From Mobula hypostoma (taxonomy: Eukaryota): a DNA stretch of 64,000 nucleotides. This document shows positions 14,030-25,498 of this stretch, piece by piece. The translations under genes were made by a program, and so were the position numbers. The DNA lies in contig NC_086097.1 in assembly GCF_963921235.1 (NCBI RefSeq), positions 152,212,001-152,276,000 on the forward strand, written 5' to 3'. A model generated the notes under the pieces. That model ran no database searches and had not been told where the DNA came from. It was given only the letters and a program-made list of their open reading frames with translations. Within the stretch, counting starts at the first letter, position 1. Every line of letters starts with the position of its first letter.

Positions 14030-14590
14030 GAATTTGTACAAAAACAAGTAAATGCTGGCAGCACACTGCAGGTCAGGTCAGCAACATCAAAAAAAGATAT
14101 GATGGAGACAGAAAATGGGAGCATGGAATGGAGCGTTTTTTTTGAAAGAAAGGTGTGAAGAGGTGTAGTCACAAAAGCCATGGGAGTCAGTTGGTTTATA
14201 ATGGATATTGGCAGGTAACCCATTCCCTGAGATGGAGATACAGTCATCTAGAAAGAGAAAGAAAGTGTCAAATATGGGCCATGTGAATGTGAGAGCAGAA
14301 TGGAAAATGACAGCAACAAGAATTTAATATTTGATTTTATTACATGAGGCCGTAAGTATAATGGATAAAATTCTGAGGGAGAGGGCCTGAATAGTACTGA
14401 AACAAGTACCGTTAATAAGAGATGGTAATACTTGGACCATTTTGAGTTCCCATGGAATCACATTGACTTGGAGAAAGCACGTAGGATGAGTGTGTAACAT
14501 AAAAACAAAGTCAGCCCGGTGAAGTGGAATTGGAGTTACACGGTGATGACTGGAAAGCTGCATTTATTCCCACTCCCAGTCCCTGTCTGT
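14030..14590 (-). mobile_element. Penelope-like RT fragment (old)
   Basis: Minus 14150-14320 translates to FHSALTFTW..FLDDCISISGNGLPANIHYKPTDSH..DYTSSH, the PLE RT C-terminal motif. Confidence 0.65.
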
Positions 14591-14908
14591 TCTGAAGCAG
14601 CGTGACTGATATTATTTACAAAGTCTCTAGCTGAGCACTTGAATGGCTTACACATAAAAGGTTATGAGCCAAGTGCTAGGATATAGGAATTAGTGCAGAT
14701 GGGTGCTGAATGGATTGACATGGATGTGGTAGGTCCCACCTTGGTCCCAGTGTAACTCTGTTTTATTTGGCTGTATTCATGGGTATTCACATGGTTGAAT
14801 GATAATTCAGCTAGACATCAGTCCCACCCCATTCAAAATTCTCCAGCATGGCTTGCAACCACTAGAAAAGAGAAGAATGAAAAGGAAGAGATTTAGCTAG
14901 AAGATGAA

Positions 14909-15850
14909 GCAACACGCACAAAATGTTAGAGGAACTCAGTTGGCCAGGCAGCGTCTATAGTCCTGATGAAGGTTCTCTGCCTGAAAGGTAGACTATACTC
15001 TTTTCCATAGATGCTGCCTGGCCTGCTGAGTTCCTCTACATTTTGTATGTGTTGCTTGGAGTTCCAGCATCTGCAGATTTTCTCTCATCTATGACTAGCT
15101 AAAAGGTGATAGATGGGAAAGGTAACGGGTTGGAGAGGAAGCAATCTGACAGGGGAGGAGAAAGGGAAGAAAGAGGAGCACCGGGGGAGGTGATAGGCAG
15201 GTGAGGAGAAAAGTTAAGAGGCTAGAGTGGGGAATAGAAGAAGATGGAAGATGGAGGAAAAGAAAAATTACCGGAAGGAGAAATCGATGTTCATGCCATC
15301 AGGTTGGAGGCTACTTAGACGGAATATGAGGTGTTGCTGCTCCTCCCTGAGAGTGGTGCCATCATGGCAAAAGAGGAGGTCATGGACCAAAATGTAAGAA
15401 TGGGAATGAGGATAGCAATTATAATGGTTGGCCACCAGGAAATTCCGCTTTTGGCAGATGGAGCGGAGTGGTTGACCAATATACGTCAGTTCTCAGCAAG
15501 GTCTCATTGGGAGCACCGGACACAATAGGCGACGCCAACAGATCTGTAGGTGAAGTCTTGCCTCATCTGGAAAGCCTGCTTGGGACCCTAAATGGAGGTA
15601 AGGGAGGAGGCAAATGGGCAGGTGTAGCCTTTCTGATGCTTGCAGGGATAGGTGTCAGAAAAGAGATTGGTGGAAAGGGACAAATGGGCAAGGAATTCAT
15701 GGAGGGAAGTAATCTGTGCAGAAAGCGGAGAGTGGGAAGGTAGATGTATTTGGTTGTAGGATCCCTGCTAAGGTGACGAGTAGATGAGGTGACTGTGGAT
15801 GTCCACGAAATGGAGGAGATGTGGGTGAGGGTCTTATTAGTGTAGATTAA
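14909..15850. mobile_element. Penelope-like element cluster: inverted pseudo-LTR pair plus minus-strand GIY-YIG remnant
   Basis: 14909-14960 is the inverted copy of 15005-15056. Minus 15270-15420 gives LREEQQHLIFRLSSLQPDGMNIDFS. Confidence 0.75.
14956..14997 (+). ncRNA. Minimal type I hammerhead ribozyme motif (helix III mutated)
   Basis: TATAGTC-CTGATGA-AGGTTCTCTGCCT-GAAA-GG-TA-GACTATA: 7-bp helix I, both core boxes intact. Confidence 0.65.
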
Positions 15851-16139
15851 AAAGTCAGCACTATATTTTCAGACCAAAATGGTGACAAACTTAAAGAGGA
15901 ATTTGGAAATGATGGTGAACCACAACGCATGCTCCTTTATCATTGATAGACATGTGTGGCTTGGTAATGCTTCTGATATTGATTGGGATAGTGCTGCACT
16001 GCAAATAGTTGCTATTTCATTATCCAGTTAATCTACAGCTTGTTGAATCTGTGAGATGACAGGAAAGGAGCTACTTATCACACCCAAAAGTAAGAATTTT
16101 ATGGCCTTTGTTTGTTGTAATTGCTCACTTCTTTGGTCA

Positions 16140-16540
16140 TCTAAAAATAGAACAGTACAGCACAGGAACAAGCCCTTCAGACGACCATGTCAACGCCAAT
16201 AATGGTATCTATATAATTAATCCTATCTCCTACACATAGTTTGTAACTCTCCGTTCCCTGACTGTTCATGTGTCTGTCTAAATGTCTCTGAAATATTATT
16301 ATCATCTCCCCTGGTAACACGTTCCAGGCACCTACAAGGTTCTATGTAAAAATAAACTAGTCTCACAAATCCCTCTTACTTTTGAACCTACTGTATGCCC
16401 TCTAGTAGTTAACATTTCCACCCCAGGGAAAGGACTCTGCCTATCTATCCTAATCATGCCAATCATAATTTCATAGACTTCTATTAGGTTGCCTCTCAGC
16501 CGCTGACACTTTAGAGAAAATAATGCAGTTTTAGTTATTC
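16140..16540 (-). mobile_element. CR1 3' end fragment
   Basis: RLRGNLIEVYEIM..TRGH motif and a tail at ATAGAACAGTACAGCACAGG. Confidence 0.75.
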
Positions 16541-16548
16541 TCTTCCTA

Positions 16549-19500
16549 GACCATAAGACCATAAGACATAGGAGCAGATTTAGGCCATCTGGCCCACCGA
16601 GTCTTCTCCGCCATTCAATCACACTGATACTTTTTTTTAATCTCCTCCTCAACCCCAGTTCCTGGCTTTCTCCCCATAACTTCTGATGGCATGTCCAAAC
16701 AAGAACTTATCAATCTCTACCTTAGTACACCCAATGACCTGGCCTCCACAGCTGCATGTGACAACACATTCCACAAATTCACCAGCCTTTGGCTAAAGAA
16801 ATTTCTCCACATCTCTGTTTTGAAAGGGCGTCCCTCTATCCTGAGGCTGTGCCCTTTTGTCTTAGACTCTCCCACCATGGGAAACATCTTTTCCACATCT
16901 ACTCTGTCGAGGCCTTTCAACATTCGAAAGGTTTCAATGAGATCCCCCCTCATCCTTCTGAATTCCAGCAAGTACAGACCCAAAGCCATCAAACATTCCT
17001 CATATGATAAGCGTTTCATTCCCAGAATCATCCTTGTGAACCTCCTCTGTACCTTCTCCAATGCCAACTTATCTTTTCTGAGATGAGGGGCCCAAAACTG
17101 TTCACAATACTCAAGTTGAGGTATCACCAGTGCCTTATAATTTAGAACGGAGTTGAGGAAAAACTTTTTCACACAGAGGGTTGTGGTTGTGGATCTGTGG
17201 AATGCTCTGCCTCAGAAGGCAGTGGAGGCCAATTCTCAGAATTCTTTCAAGAAAGAGTTAGACAGAGCTCTTAAAGATAGCGGAGTGAAGGGATATGGGG
17301 AGAAGGCAGGAAAAGGGTACTGATTGTGGATGATCAGCCATGATCACAGTGAATGGTGGTGCTGGCTCAAAGGGCTGAATGACCTACTCCTGCACCTATT
17401 GTCTATTATCTATTGCCTATAAAGCCTCAGAATCATATCCTTGCTCTTGTATTCTGGAAATGAATGCTAACATGGCATTTGCCTTCCTTACCACTAATTC
17501 CACCTGCAAGCTAACCTTCAGAGTGTTCTGCACAAGGACTCCCAAGCCCCTCTGCATCTCAGATTCCTGGATTTTCTCCCCATTTAGAAAATAGTCCGCA
17601 CATTGATTTCTACTACCAAAGTGCAGGACCATGTCTTTTCCAACATTGTATTTCAATTGCCACTTTTTTTGCCCATTTTCCTACTCTGCCTATGTTCTTC
17701 TGCATCCTGCCTATTTCCTCAACACTACTTGCCCCTCCACCAATCTTTGTATCATCTGCAAACTTGGCAACAAAGCCATCTATTCCATCATCTAAATCAT
17801 TTATATACTGCATAAAAAAGAGTGGTCCCAACATTGACAGCTGTGGAACGCCACTAGTCACTGGCAGCCAACTAGAAAAGGATCCTTTTATTCCTACTCA
17901 CTGCCTCCTACCAATCAGCCAATGCTCTAACCATGTTCGTAACTTTCTTGTAATACCATGGGCTCTTAACTTGGTAAGCAGCTTCATGTGCGGCACCTTG
18001 TCATAGGTCTTCTGAATGTCCAAATATACGTCATCTACTACATGGGCTTTATCTATCCTACTTGTAATCTCATCAAAGAATTCTGACAGGTTCATCAGAC
18101 AGGATTTTCCCTGAAAGAAACCATGCTGACTTTGTACTATCTTGTCCTGTATCACCAAATACTCCATCACCTCATTCTTAAAAATTGACTCTAACATCCT
18201 CCCAACCACTGAGGTCAGGCTAACTGGTCTATAATTTCCTTTCTGCTGTCCTCATCCTTTCTTAAAGAGTGGAGTGACATTTACAATCTTCTAGTCCTCT
18301 GTCACTATGCCAGAATCCAATGATTTTTGAAAGATCATTTCTAATGCCACTACAATCTCTAACACTACCTCTTTCAGAATCCTACGGTGCAGTTCCTCTG
18401 GTCCGGGTGACTTATGTACCTTTAGGTCTTTCAACTTTTTGTAACAGTAACTGCACCCACTCCTCTTCCTTCACACAGGCATACTGTTAATGTCTTCCAC
18501 AGTGAGGACTGACACAAAATACTCATTTAGTTCATCAGCCATCTACTTATCCCTCGTAATTATTTCTCCTGCCTCAATTCTAGTGGCCCTATATCCACTC
18601 TCATTCCTTTTATTTTTACCATATTTGAAAAAACTTTTACTATCCACGTTGATATTATTTGCTAGCTTACTTTCATATTTCATCTTTTCCTCTCTAATAA
18701 TTTTTTTAGTTGCTCTCTGTAGGTTTTTAAAAACTTCCCAATCCTCTATCTTCCTATTAATTTTTGCTTTGCTTATGTCCTTTCTTTTGCTTTTACAATA
18801 GCTTTGACTTCCCTCGTCAGCCATGGTTGTGCTTCTTTACCATTTGAGTATTTCTTCATTTTTGGAATACACATGTTCTGCACCTTCCTCATTTTCCCCA
18901 GAAACGTATTCCATTGCTACTCTGCTGACATCCCCGCCAGCAGCTCCTTCCAATTTACTTTGGCCAATTCCTTTCTCATACCACTGTAATTTCCTTTACT
19001 CCACTGAAATACTGCTACATCAGACTTTACTTTCTCCCTATCAAATTTCAAGTTGAACACAATCATTTTGTGATCACTAGTTCCTAAGTGTTCTTTTACC
19101 TTAAGCTCCCTAATTGCCTCCAGTTCATACATAACGCCCAATCTAGTATAGCTGATCCCCTTGTAGGGTCAACGACAAACTGCTCTAAAAAGCTATCTCT
19201 TAGGCATTCAACAAACTCACTCTCTTAAGATGCATTACCAACCTGATTTTCCCAATCAACCTGCATGTTAAAATCTCCCATGACTGCCATAACATCACCC
19301 TTTTGACTCGCCTTTTCTATTTCCTGTTGTAACCTGCGGTCCACCTCCCTGCCACTGTTGGGAGACCTGTACATAACTGCCATCAGAGTCCTTTTACCCT
19401 TGCAGTTTCTTAACTCAGCCCCCAAGGATTCAACATCTTCTGATCCTATGTCACATCTTTCTACTGATTTGATGCCATTCTTTATCAGTAGAGCCACATC

Positions 19501-19830
19501 ACCCCACCTGCCTATCTTCCTATCTCTCTGATATAACGTGTAACCTTAGACATTCAGCTCCCAACTCCAACCATCCTTCATCCACAATTCAGTGATGGCC
19601 ACAACATCATACCTGGCAAACTGCAATAGTGCAACAAGATCATCCACCTTATTTCTTATACTACGCGCATTTAGATACAACACCTTGAGTACCTTGCTAT
19701 CCTTTCTGATTCTGCGTCCCTAATGATCTGGTACTCAGCCTGTTGGCTGAAACCAAGTCCCATCAGCTGCCAATTTCCTGACAATCTGACTGCATGCGAT
19801 CTTTACTTTTTTTACCATCCGTCCTATATC
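16549..19830 (-). mobile_element. CR1 LINE, near-complete ORF2 pseudogene (APE + RT)
   Basis: YLNARSI near 19670, MGDFNM, QHGF, YDKVPH, KFADDTK, QLEYCEQFW. (GACCATAA)n tail at 16549. Confidence 0.9.
17141..17417 (+). mobile_element. CR1 3' fragment nested antisense in the previous CR1
   Basis: Opposite-orientation 3' UTR with a (CTATTGT)-like tail, flanked by TATAA (17136-17140 / 17418-17422). The host sequence resumes seamlessly. Confidence 0.8.
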
Positions 19831-20235
19831 TAACACTCTCCAATCCAGGATATCCAGGCTGTTGAAACCTTTCTGTGTCCTTTCCAAAACCTCCAAGATT
19901 CATTCCTGTAATGTCATCATTCCTAGAATGGTACATTTACTCCAAATGTGGCTCAGTTAAGGTTTCATACAACTGAAATGACTGCTTGACCTTCAGACTC
20001 AATAGCTCTGACAGATGAAAGCAAGCATGTCATAACGCTTCCTTACTGCCTCATTGAATAGTATCGCCAATTTTAGGAAGCTATGGAGTTGCATCTCAAG
20101 ATCCCTCCGTACATCAATGCTCTGGAAAGTCCTGCTATTTGCCGTATCCTCTTGTATTGAACCTTCTAAAATGAACCATCTCACACTTGTCTGGATTAAA
20201 TCCTATTTGTCATTTCTCCAGCCAGATTTCCAATG
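19830..20235 (-). mobile_element. Decayed CR1 RT C-terminal fragment
   Basis: ORF remnant RDLEMQLHSFLKLA..YDMLAFI. Confidence 0.55.
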
Positions 20236-21375
20236 AATCAGAATTAGGTTTAATATCACTGGCATGCTGCATGAAGTGAAATTTGTTGTTCTGTGGCAGT
20301 GGTATAATGCAATGCATTGTAATAAAAGCTATAAATTACAGTAAGAATTATATATAAAAAATAAATTAAATAAGTAGTACTAAAAGAGAGGAAAATACTG
20401 AGATAGTGATCATGGGATCATTCCCCATTCAGAAATCTGACGTTGGAGGGGAAGAAGCTGTTCCTGAAATGTTGAGTGTATGTCTTCAGGCTCTCATACC
20501 TCTTCCTTGATGGTAGCAATGAGAGGAGGCGATGCCCTGGTTGATGGGAGTCCTTATTGATGGACACCACCTTTTTGAGACATCACCTTTTGAAGATGTC
20601 CTTCATACTGGGGAGACTAGTGTCCGTTATGGAGATGGCTGAGTTTACAACATTCTGCAGCCTTTTGTGATCCTGTGCACTGGCCTCTCTATTGTAGACA
20701 GTGAGAATCCTCACCATGGTACAATTGTAGAAATATGCGAATGTTGCTGCTGTCATACCCATTCTCCTCAAACTCCTAATGAAATATAGCTGCTGTCGTG
20801 TCTTCCTTATAACTGCATCAATATGATGGACCCAGGATAGATCCTTGGAAATGTTGAGACACCTACAAACTTGAAACTGCTCACTCTTTCCACTGCCGAT
20901 CCCTTGATGAAGACTGGAGTGTGTTCTTTTGAATTCCTCTTCATGAATCTATAATCAGTTCTTTGGTCTTACTGGTGTTGAGTGCAATGTTGTTGCTGTT
21001 GACACCACTCAACCAGCTGATCCATCTTGCTGTACACCTCCTCATCATCATCTGAAACTCTCAGCATTCGTTGTATCATCTGTAACTTTATAGAAGGCAC
21101 TTGAGCTGCACCTAGCCGTATAGTCATGGGCATAGAGTGAGTAGAGCAGTGGCCTAAGCAGGCATCCTGGAGGTGCACCATCATTAATTGTCAGCAAGGA
21201 GGAGATGTAATTTCTGATCCGCACATACTGTGATAAAGGAGGCCAAGAATCTGCACATAGTTCACTGAGGGAGTCGAGGATCCATTTGCAGAGGGAGATG
21301 CAGAAGCCCAGGTTTTTGATTTTTGATTTGAACTGAGGGTATAATTATGCTAAATGCTGAGCTGTAGTCAATAAA
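20236..21375 (-). mobile_element. Rex1/Babar-clade LINE fragment
   Basis: QLVEWCQ.., FYNCTMVRILT, QDHKRLQNVVNSA. Tail AATCAGAATTAGGTTTAATATCACTGGC is shared with the copy at 35381. Confidence 0.75.
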
Positions 21376-21428
21376 TCTGATGCAGGTGGGTCAAAGGGAC
21401 CTTCTCTCATTATTAAGAAAGGAAATTC

Positions 21429-21683
21429 TGTGGTGGCTCGCCCACGCAACAAACAAACTGGCTCCAGCAGTCGCCGGCGAACCTGCAGTCAGCGGCAACC
21501 GAGAGGAATTTGAGTGCGCGGCAGACCTTGGCCCGGAGGCCGACGTCACTTCCGCCCCATAGAGAGCGGGGGTTGCTGGGAGCGGGTACATAAGCACGCG
21601 CGGATTCAAACAGAAAATGGTTCAACGCAACCCTGCTCGATTCAGTGTCTTCTTTTCACTTGTAGCGTATCAGCGCGCCTACA
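21429..21683 (+). repeat. 5' LTR of the CsRn1-like element
   Basis: TGTGG...CTACA, direct repeat of 25245-25498. Confidence 0.92.
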
Positions 21684-21684
21684 T

Positions 21685-21697
21685 TGGTGACCCCGAC
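21685..21697 (+). promoter_or_regulatory. Primer-binding site, tRNA-Trp
   Basis: TGGTGACCCCGAC, complementary to the 3' end of vertebrate tRNA-Trp (same start as the avian sarcoma-leukosis virus PBS). Confidence 0.85.
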
Positions 21698-21699
21698 TG

Positions 21700-22330
21700 T
21701 CCAAATGGGATTTGGACCAAAGATGATCGACTCTTCACCTGTTCACGCAGTTTCGCTAAAACTGCCAACTCTCTGGATGCTGCGACCACGCGTGTGGTTT
21801 GACCAAGTAGAAGCCCAGTTCTAGATTCGGCAGATATCTTCGGATTCCACACATTACTATTACGTGGTGAGCTCCCTTGACCAGGAGACAGCCGCACGGG
21901 TTGTTGATTTCATACAGTCACCCCCCGAAGAAGGCAAATATGCAGCGTTCAAAGCGCTGCTCATAGAGACCTTTGGCCTCTCCTGCTGTGAATGGGCCGT
22001 GCGGTTACTGCATATGGATGGCCTGGGCGACCGCGCACCATCAGCCCTGATGAGCGACATGCTAACACTGGCAGACGGCCATAAGCCTTGCCTGCTGTTT
22101 GAACAGATTTTCTTGGAGCAAATGCCAGAAGACATCCACCTCCTGCTAGCAGATGAAGACTTCAGAGACCCGCACGGATATGCTTTGGCGCGCCAAACAG
22201 ATTGGCGGAACCACCATCAGAATTAGTGCTGTGGCACGGCCGAAAGCCCAGCCCTCCCGCACCCCAGCAGTGGAGCACCGCCGTGATAGCCTCCTCTACA
22301 TTTGGGACAAGCTCTCCAGGTGAAGATTCC
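21700..22330 (+). pseudogene. gag: Gypsy gag remnant
   Basis: VVSSLDQETAARVVDFIQSPP..KYAAFKALLIETFGLS..LGDRAPSALM..IFLEQMP. Frameshifted; no zinc-finger region found. Confidence 0.75.
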
Positions 22331-25230
22331 TGGTGGACACGGGGGCGGAAATCAGTGTTGTACACCCCTCGAGCCACGATACCCGAACTAGAAGAACAGG
22401 ACCAGAACTTACGGCAGCCAACAGCAGCATCATCCGCACCTATGGCACAAGAACCATCCCCTTGCAGTTCGGTTCCAGCCACTTTACATGGACATTTACG
22501 CTGGCCGCAGTGTCACAGCCATTGCGAGGTGCAGACTTCCTCCGTCTGCACTGCCTGCTCGTGGATTTGAAGGGACGACGATTGGTCGATGATTGGTCCC
22601 TCGGTGAGGCCAGGTTACCGGCCCCGCACCTGGACTCCATCACTTATTCCGACAACGAGTTCGCCAGAGTGCTATCAGAGTTCCCATCTATCATCATGCC
22701 GCAGTTTTCTTCAACAAACCCCAAGCACGGCATGATGCACCACATCCCCACACAGGGACCTCCCCTTCATGCCCGGGCCCGCAGGCTACCACCCGACAAG
22801 CTCCGCCTCGCGAAGGAGGAATTCAAGATGGAGGAGATGGGGATTGTGCAGCGTTCCGACAGCCCATGGGCCTCCCCACTTCATATGGTGCCCAAGTCCA
22901 CTGGAGGGTGGAGACCGTGTGGCAACTATCGGAGGCCGAACGATGCCACCACATCCGATCGCTATCCGGTACCACACATCCAGGACTTTATGGCCAACCT
23001 GCACGGGGCGCGCATCTTTTCGAAGATTGACCTGGTCCGAAGGTATCATCAGATCCCAGTCCACCTGGATGATGTACCCAAGACGGCCCTCATTACCCCC
23101 TTTGGCCTGTTCGAGTTCCTCAGGATGCCATTTGGGCTCAAAAACACAGTGCAGACTTTCCAGCGCTTGATGGACGCAGTAGGGCGAGGTCTGGACTTTC
23201 TGTTCATCTGCCTGGATGACATACTTATCGCCAGCCTCTCCCGCCAGGAACATCTAGCACATCTACACCTGCTCTGCCGCCGCCTAAGCGACTATGGCCT
23301 GGCTATCAACCCCGCCAAGTGCCAGTTCAGCCTATCCGCCACCGATTTCTTGGGACACCGGATCGACCGCCATGGAGCTGTTCCTCTGCTGGCCAAAGTT
23401 GAGGCCATCCACCAATTTGCCAGGCCCAACACCGTTAAAGGCCTGCAGGAACTTGTTGGGATGGTTAACTTTTATCACCATTTCCTACCCTCGGCAGCCC
23501 GGATCATGCGGCCCCTTTTTGGCTTGATGTCCGGCAAGGTCAAAGAGGTCACATGGACAGAGGAGGCGACGGCAGCTTTCGAACAAGCCAAGAACACGCT
23601 AGCAAATGCCACACTCCTAGTCCACCCCAGGTCGACGTCCCAACTGCCCTCACTGTGGATGCCTCCGATGCGGCAGAGTACAGCGCTCTTGACAGGGAGC
23701 TGCTGGCCATGTACCTTGCCATCTGGCACTTCAGGTATTTCCTGGAGGGGAGAGAGTTCACGGTCTGCACAGACCACAAGCTCCTCACTTTCGCATTTGC
23801 CAAAATGTCGGACCTGTGGTCAAGCCGCCAACAACGCCATCTGTCGTACATCTCGGAGTTTACCACCATGATCAAGCTCTTCTCCGGGAAGAACAACATA
23901 GTGGCAGACGCGCTGTCCTGACCCTCCGTCCAATCAGTGTACTCTCTGTCTCCGGGGGTGGATTATGCGACGTTAGCTGAGGCGCAACAGCTGAGGCGCA
24001 ACAGCTGGACGGAGAGATGCCGGCGTACTGAACCACAGTCTCAGGACTCCGCCTCGAAGACATACCCATTGGGCCCAAAGGTAAGTGGCTCCTTTGCGAT
24101 GTGTCCACCAGGCAACCTCGGCCCATTATCCCGACTGCTTGGAGGCGCCGCGTTTTTGACACCTTGCACGGTTTAGCCCACCCTTCCATCAGGGCGACCA
24201 TCCGGCTGATCGCAGACAGGTTTGTGTGGCACGGCCTATGCAAGCAGGTCGAGCACTGGGCCAGGACATGCACGCACCGTCAAACATCCAAAATCCAGAG
24301 GCACGTGAGGGCCCCACTGCAACCCTTCCAGCCGACACATAGGTTTGAACGTCCACGTAGACATCATCGGCCCGCTGCCGGTTTCGAGAGGAGCGAGATA
24401 TCTGTTCACCATGGTGGACAGGTTCACGAGGCGGCCGGAAGCTGTCCCACTCGCTGACACGGCCGCGGAGACATGCGCCAGAGCCCTGATTACCACCTGG
24501 GTGGCACGATTCGGACTCCCAGCCCACGTCACTTCAGACAGAGGTGTACAGTTCACATCAGCTTTGTGGTCTGCACTGGCACAACTCCTCGGAACCCAGC
24601 TCCACCGGGCGACTGCTTACCACCCGCAGTCTAACGGCCTGGTGGAATGTTTCCACAGGCACTTGAAGTCGTCCCTGATGGCACGCCTCTGAGGGCCAGA
24701 CTAGGTGGACGAACTCCCCTGGGTGCTGCTTGATATCCACACGGCACCCAAGGAGGACCTGGCCGCATCATCGGCCGAACTGGTTCACGGTGCCCGCTCA
24801 CAGTTCCCGGTGAGTTTGTGCCAGCACCCCGTGGCCCGGAGGACACATCTGCTGGGGTCCTAACTAAACTCCAGGAGCGGCTTGGAACACTTGCTCCAGT
24901 CCCGACATCCTACCACGGAACAACATCCTCTTTCGTGCCCAGGGACCTACAATAGAACAAGTATGTTTTCATTCGCCAAGGCGCGCACAGACCACCCCTG
25001 CAGCGACCATACGAGGGACCCTACAAGGTGGTGCGCCATAATGGAGCGACCTGCGTTCTCGACATCGGTGGTCGGGACGAGACTTTTAGCATTGACTGTC
25101 TCAAACCGGTGCATCTGGATCTTGAACGCCCGGTTGCGGTACCACCCCGACGACGTCGAGGCCGACCACCTAAAAGAACTGAGAATGTGCAGGCTGTGGA
25201 CTCTGCACCTCCTATCGCCGGATCTGGAGG
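22330..25230 (+). pseudogene. pol: Gypsy pol (PR-RT-RH-IN), disrupted
   Basis: PR FLVDTGAEISV; RT RMPFGLKN and CLDD (YLDD mutated); RH VDASD..DRELLA..TDHK with an internal deletion; IN HGLAHP, VHVDIIGPLP, TSDRG, NGLVE. Confidence 0.9.
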
Positions 25231-25244
25231 GGGGGAGTGGGTCA

Positions 25245-25498
25245 TGTGGCAGCTCGCCCACGCTTCAAGCAATCCGGCTCCAGCAGTCGCTGGCGAACCC
25301 GCAGTCAGCGGCAACCGAGAGGAATCTGAGTGCAGGGCAGACCTCGGCCCGGAGGCCGACGTCGCTTCCGCTCGCAAAGAGCGGGGGTTGCTGGGAGGAG
25401 GCACTTAAGCACGTGCGGAGTCAAACAGAAAACGGTTCAACCTGACACTGCTCGAATCAGTGTCTTGTTTTCACTCGTAGTGTATCAGCATGACTACA
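25245..25498 (+). repeat. 3' LTR of the CsRn1-like element
   Basis: TGTGG...CTACA, downstream of the PPT. Confidence 0.92.

Larger units (their letters stand above)
21429..25498 (+). mobile_element. Ty3/Gypsy LTR retrotransposon, CsRn1/Kabuki-like, with both LTRs and internal lesions
   Basis: TG..CA LTRs at 21429-21683 and 25245-25498. 4-bp TSD ATTC (21425-21428 / 25499-25502). tRNA-Trp PBS, PPT GGAGGGGGGGAG near 25226-25237, domain order gag-PR-RT-RH-IN. Confidence 0.93.
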
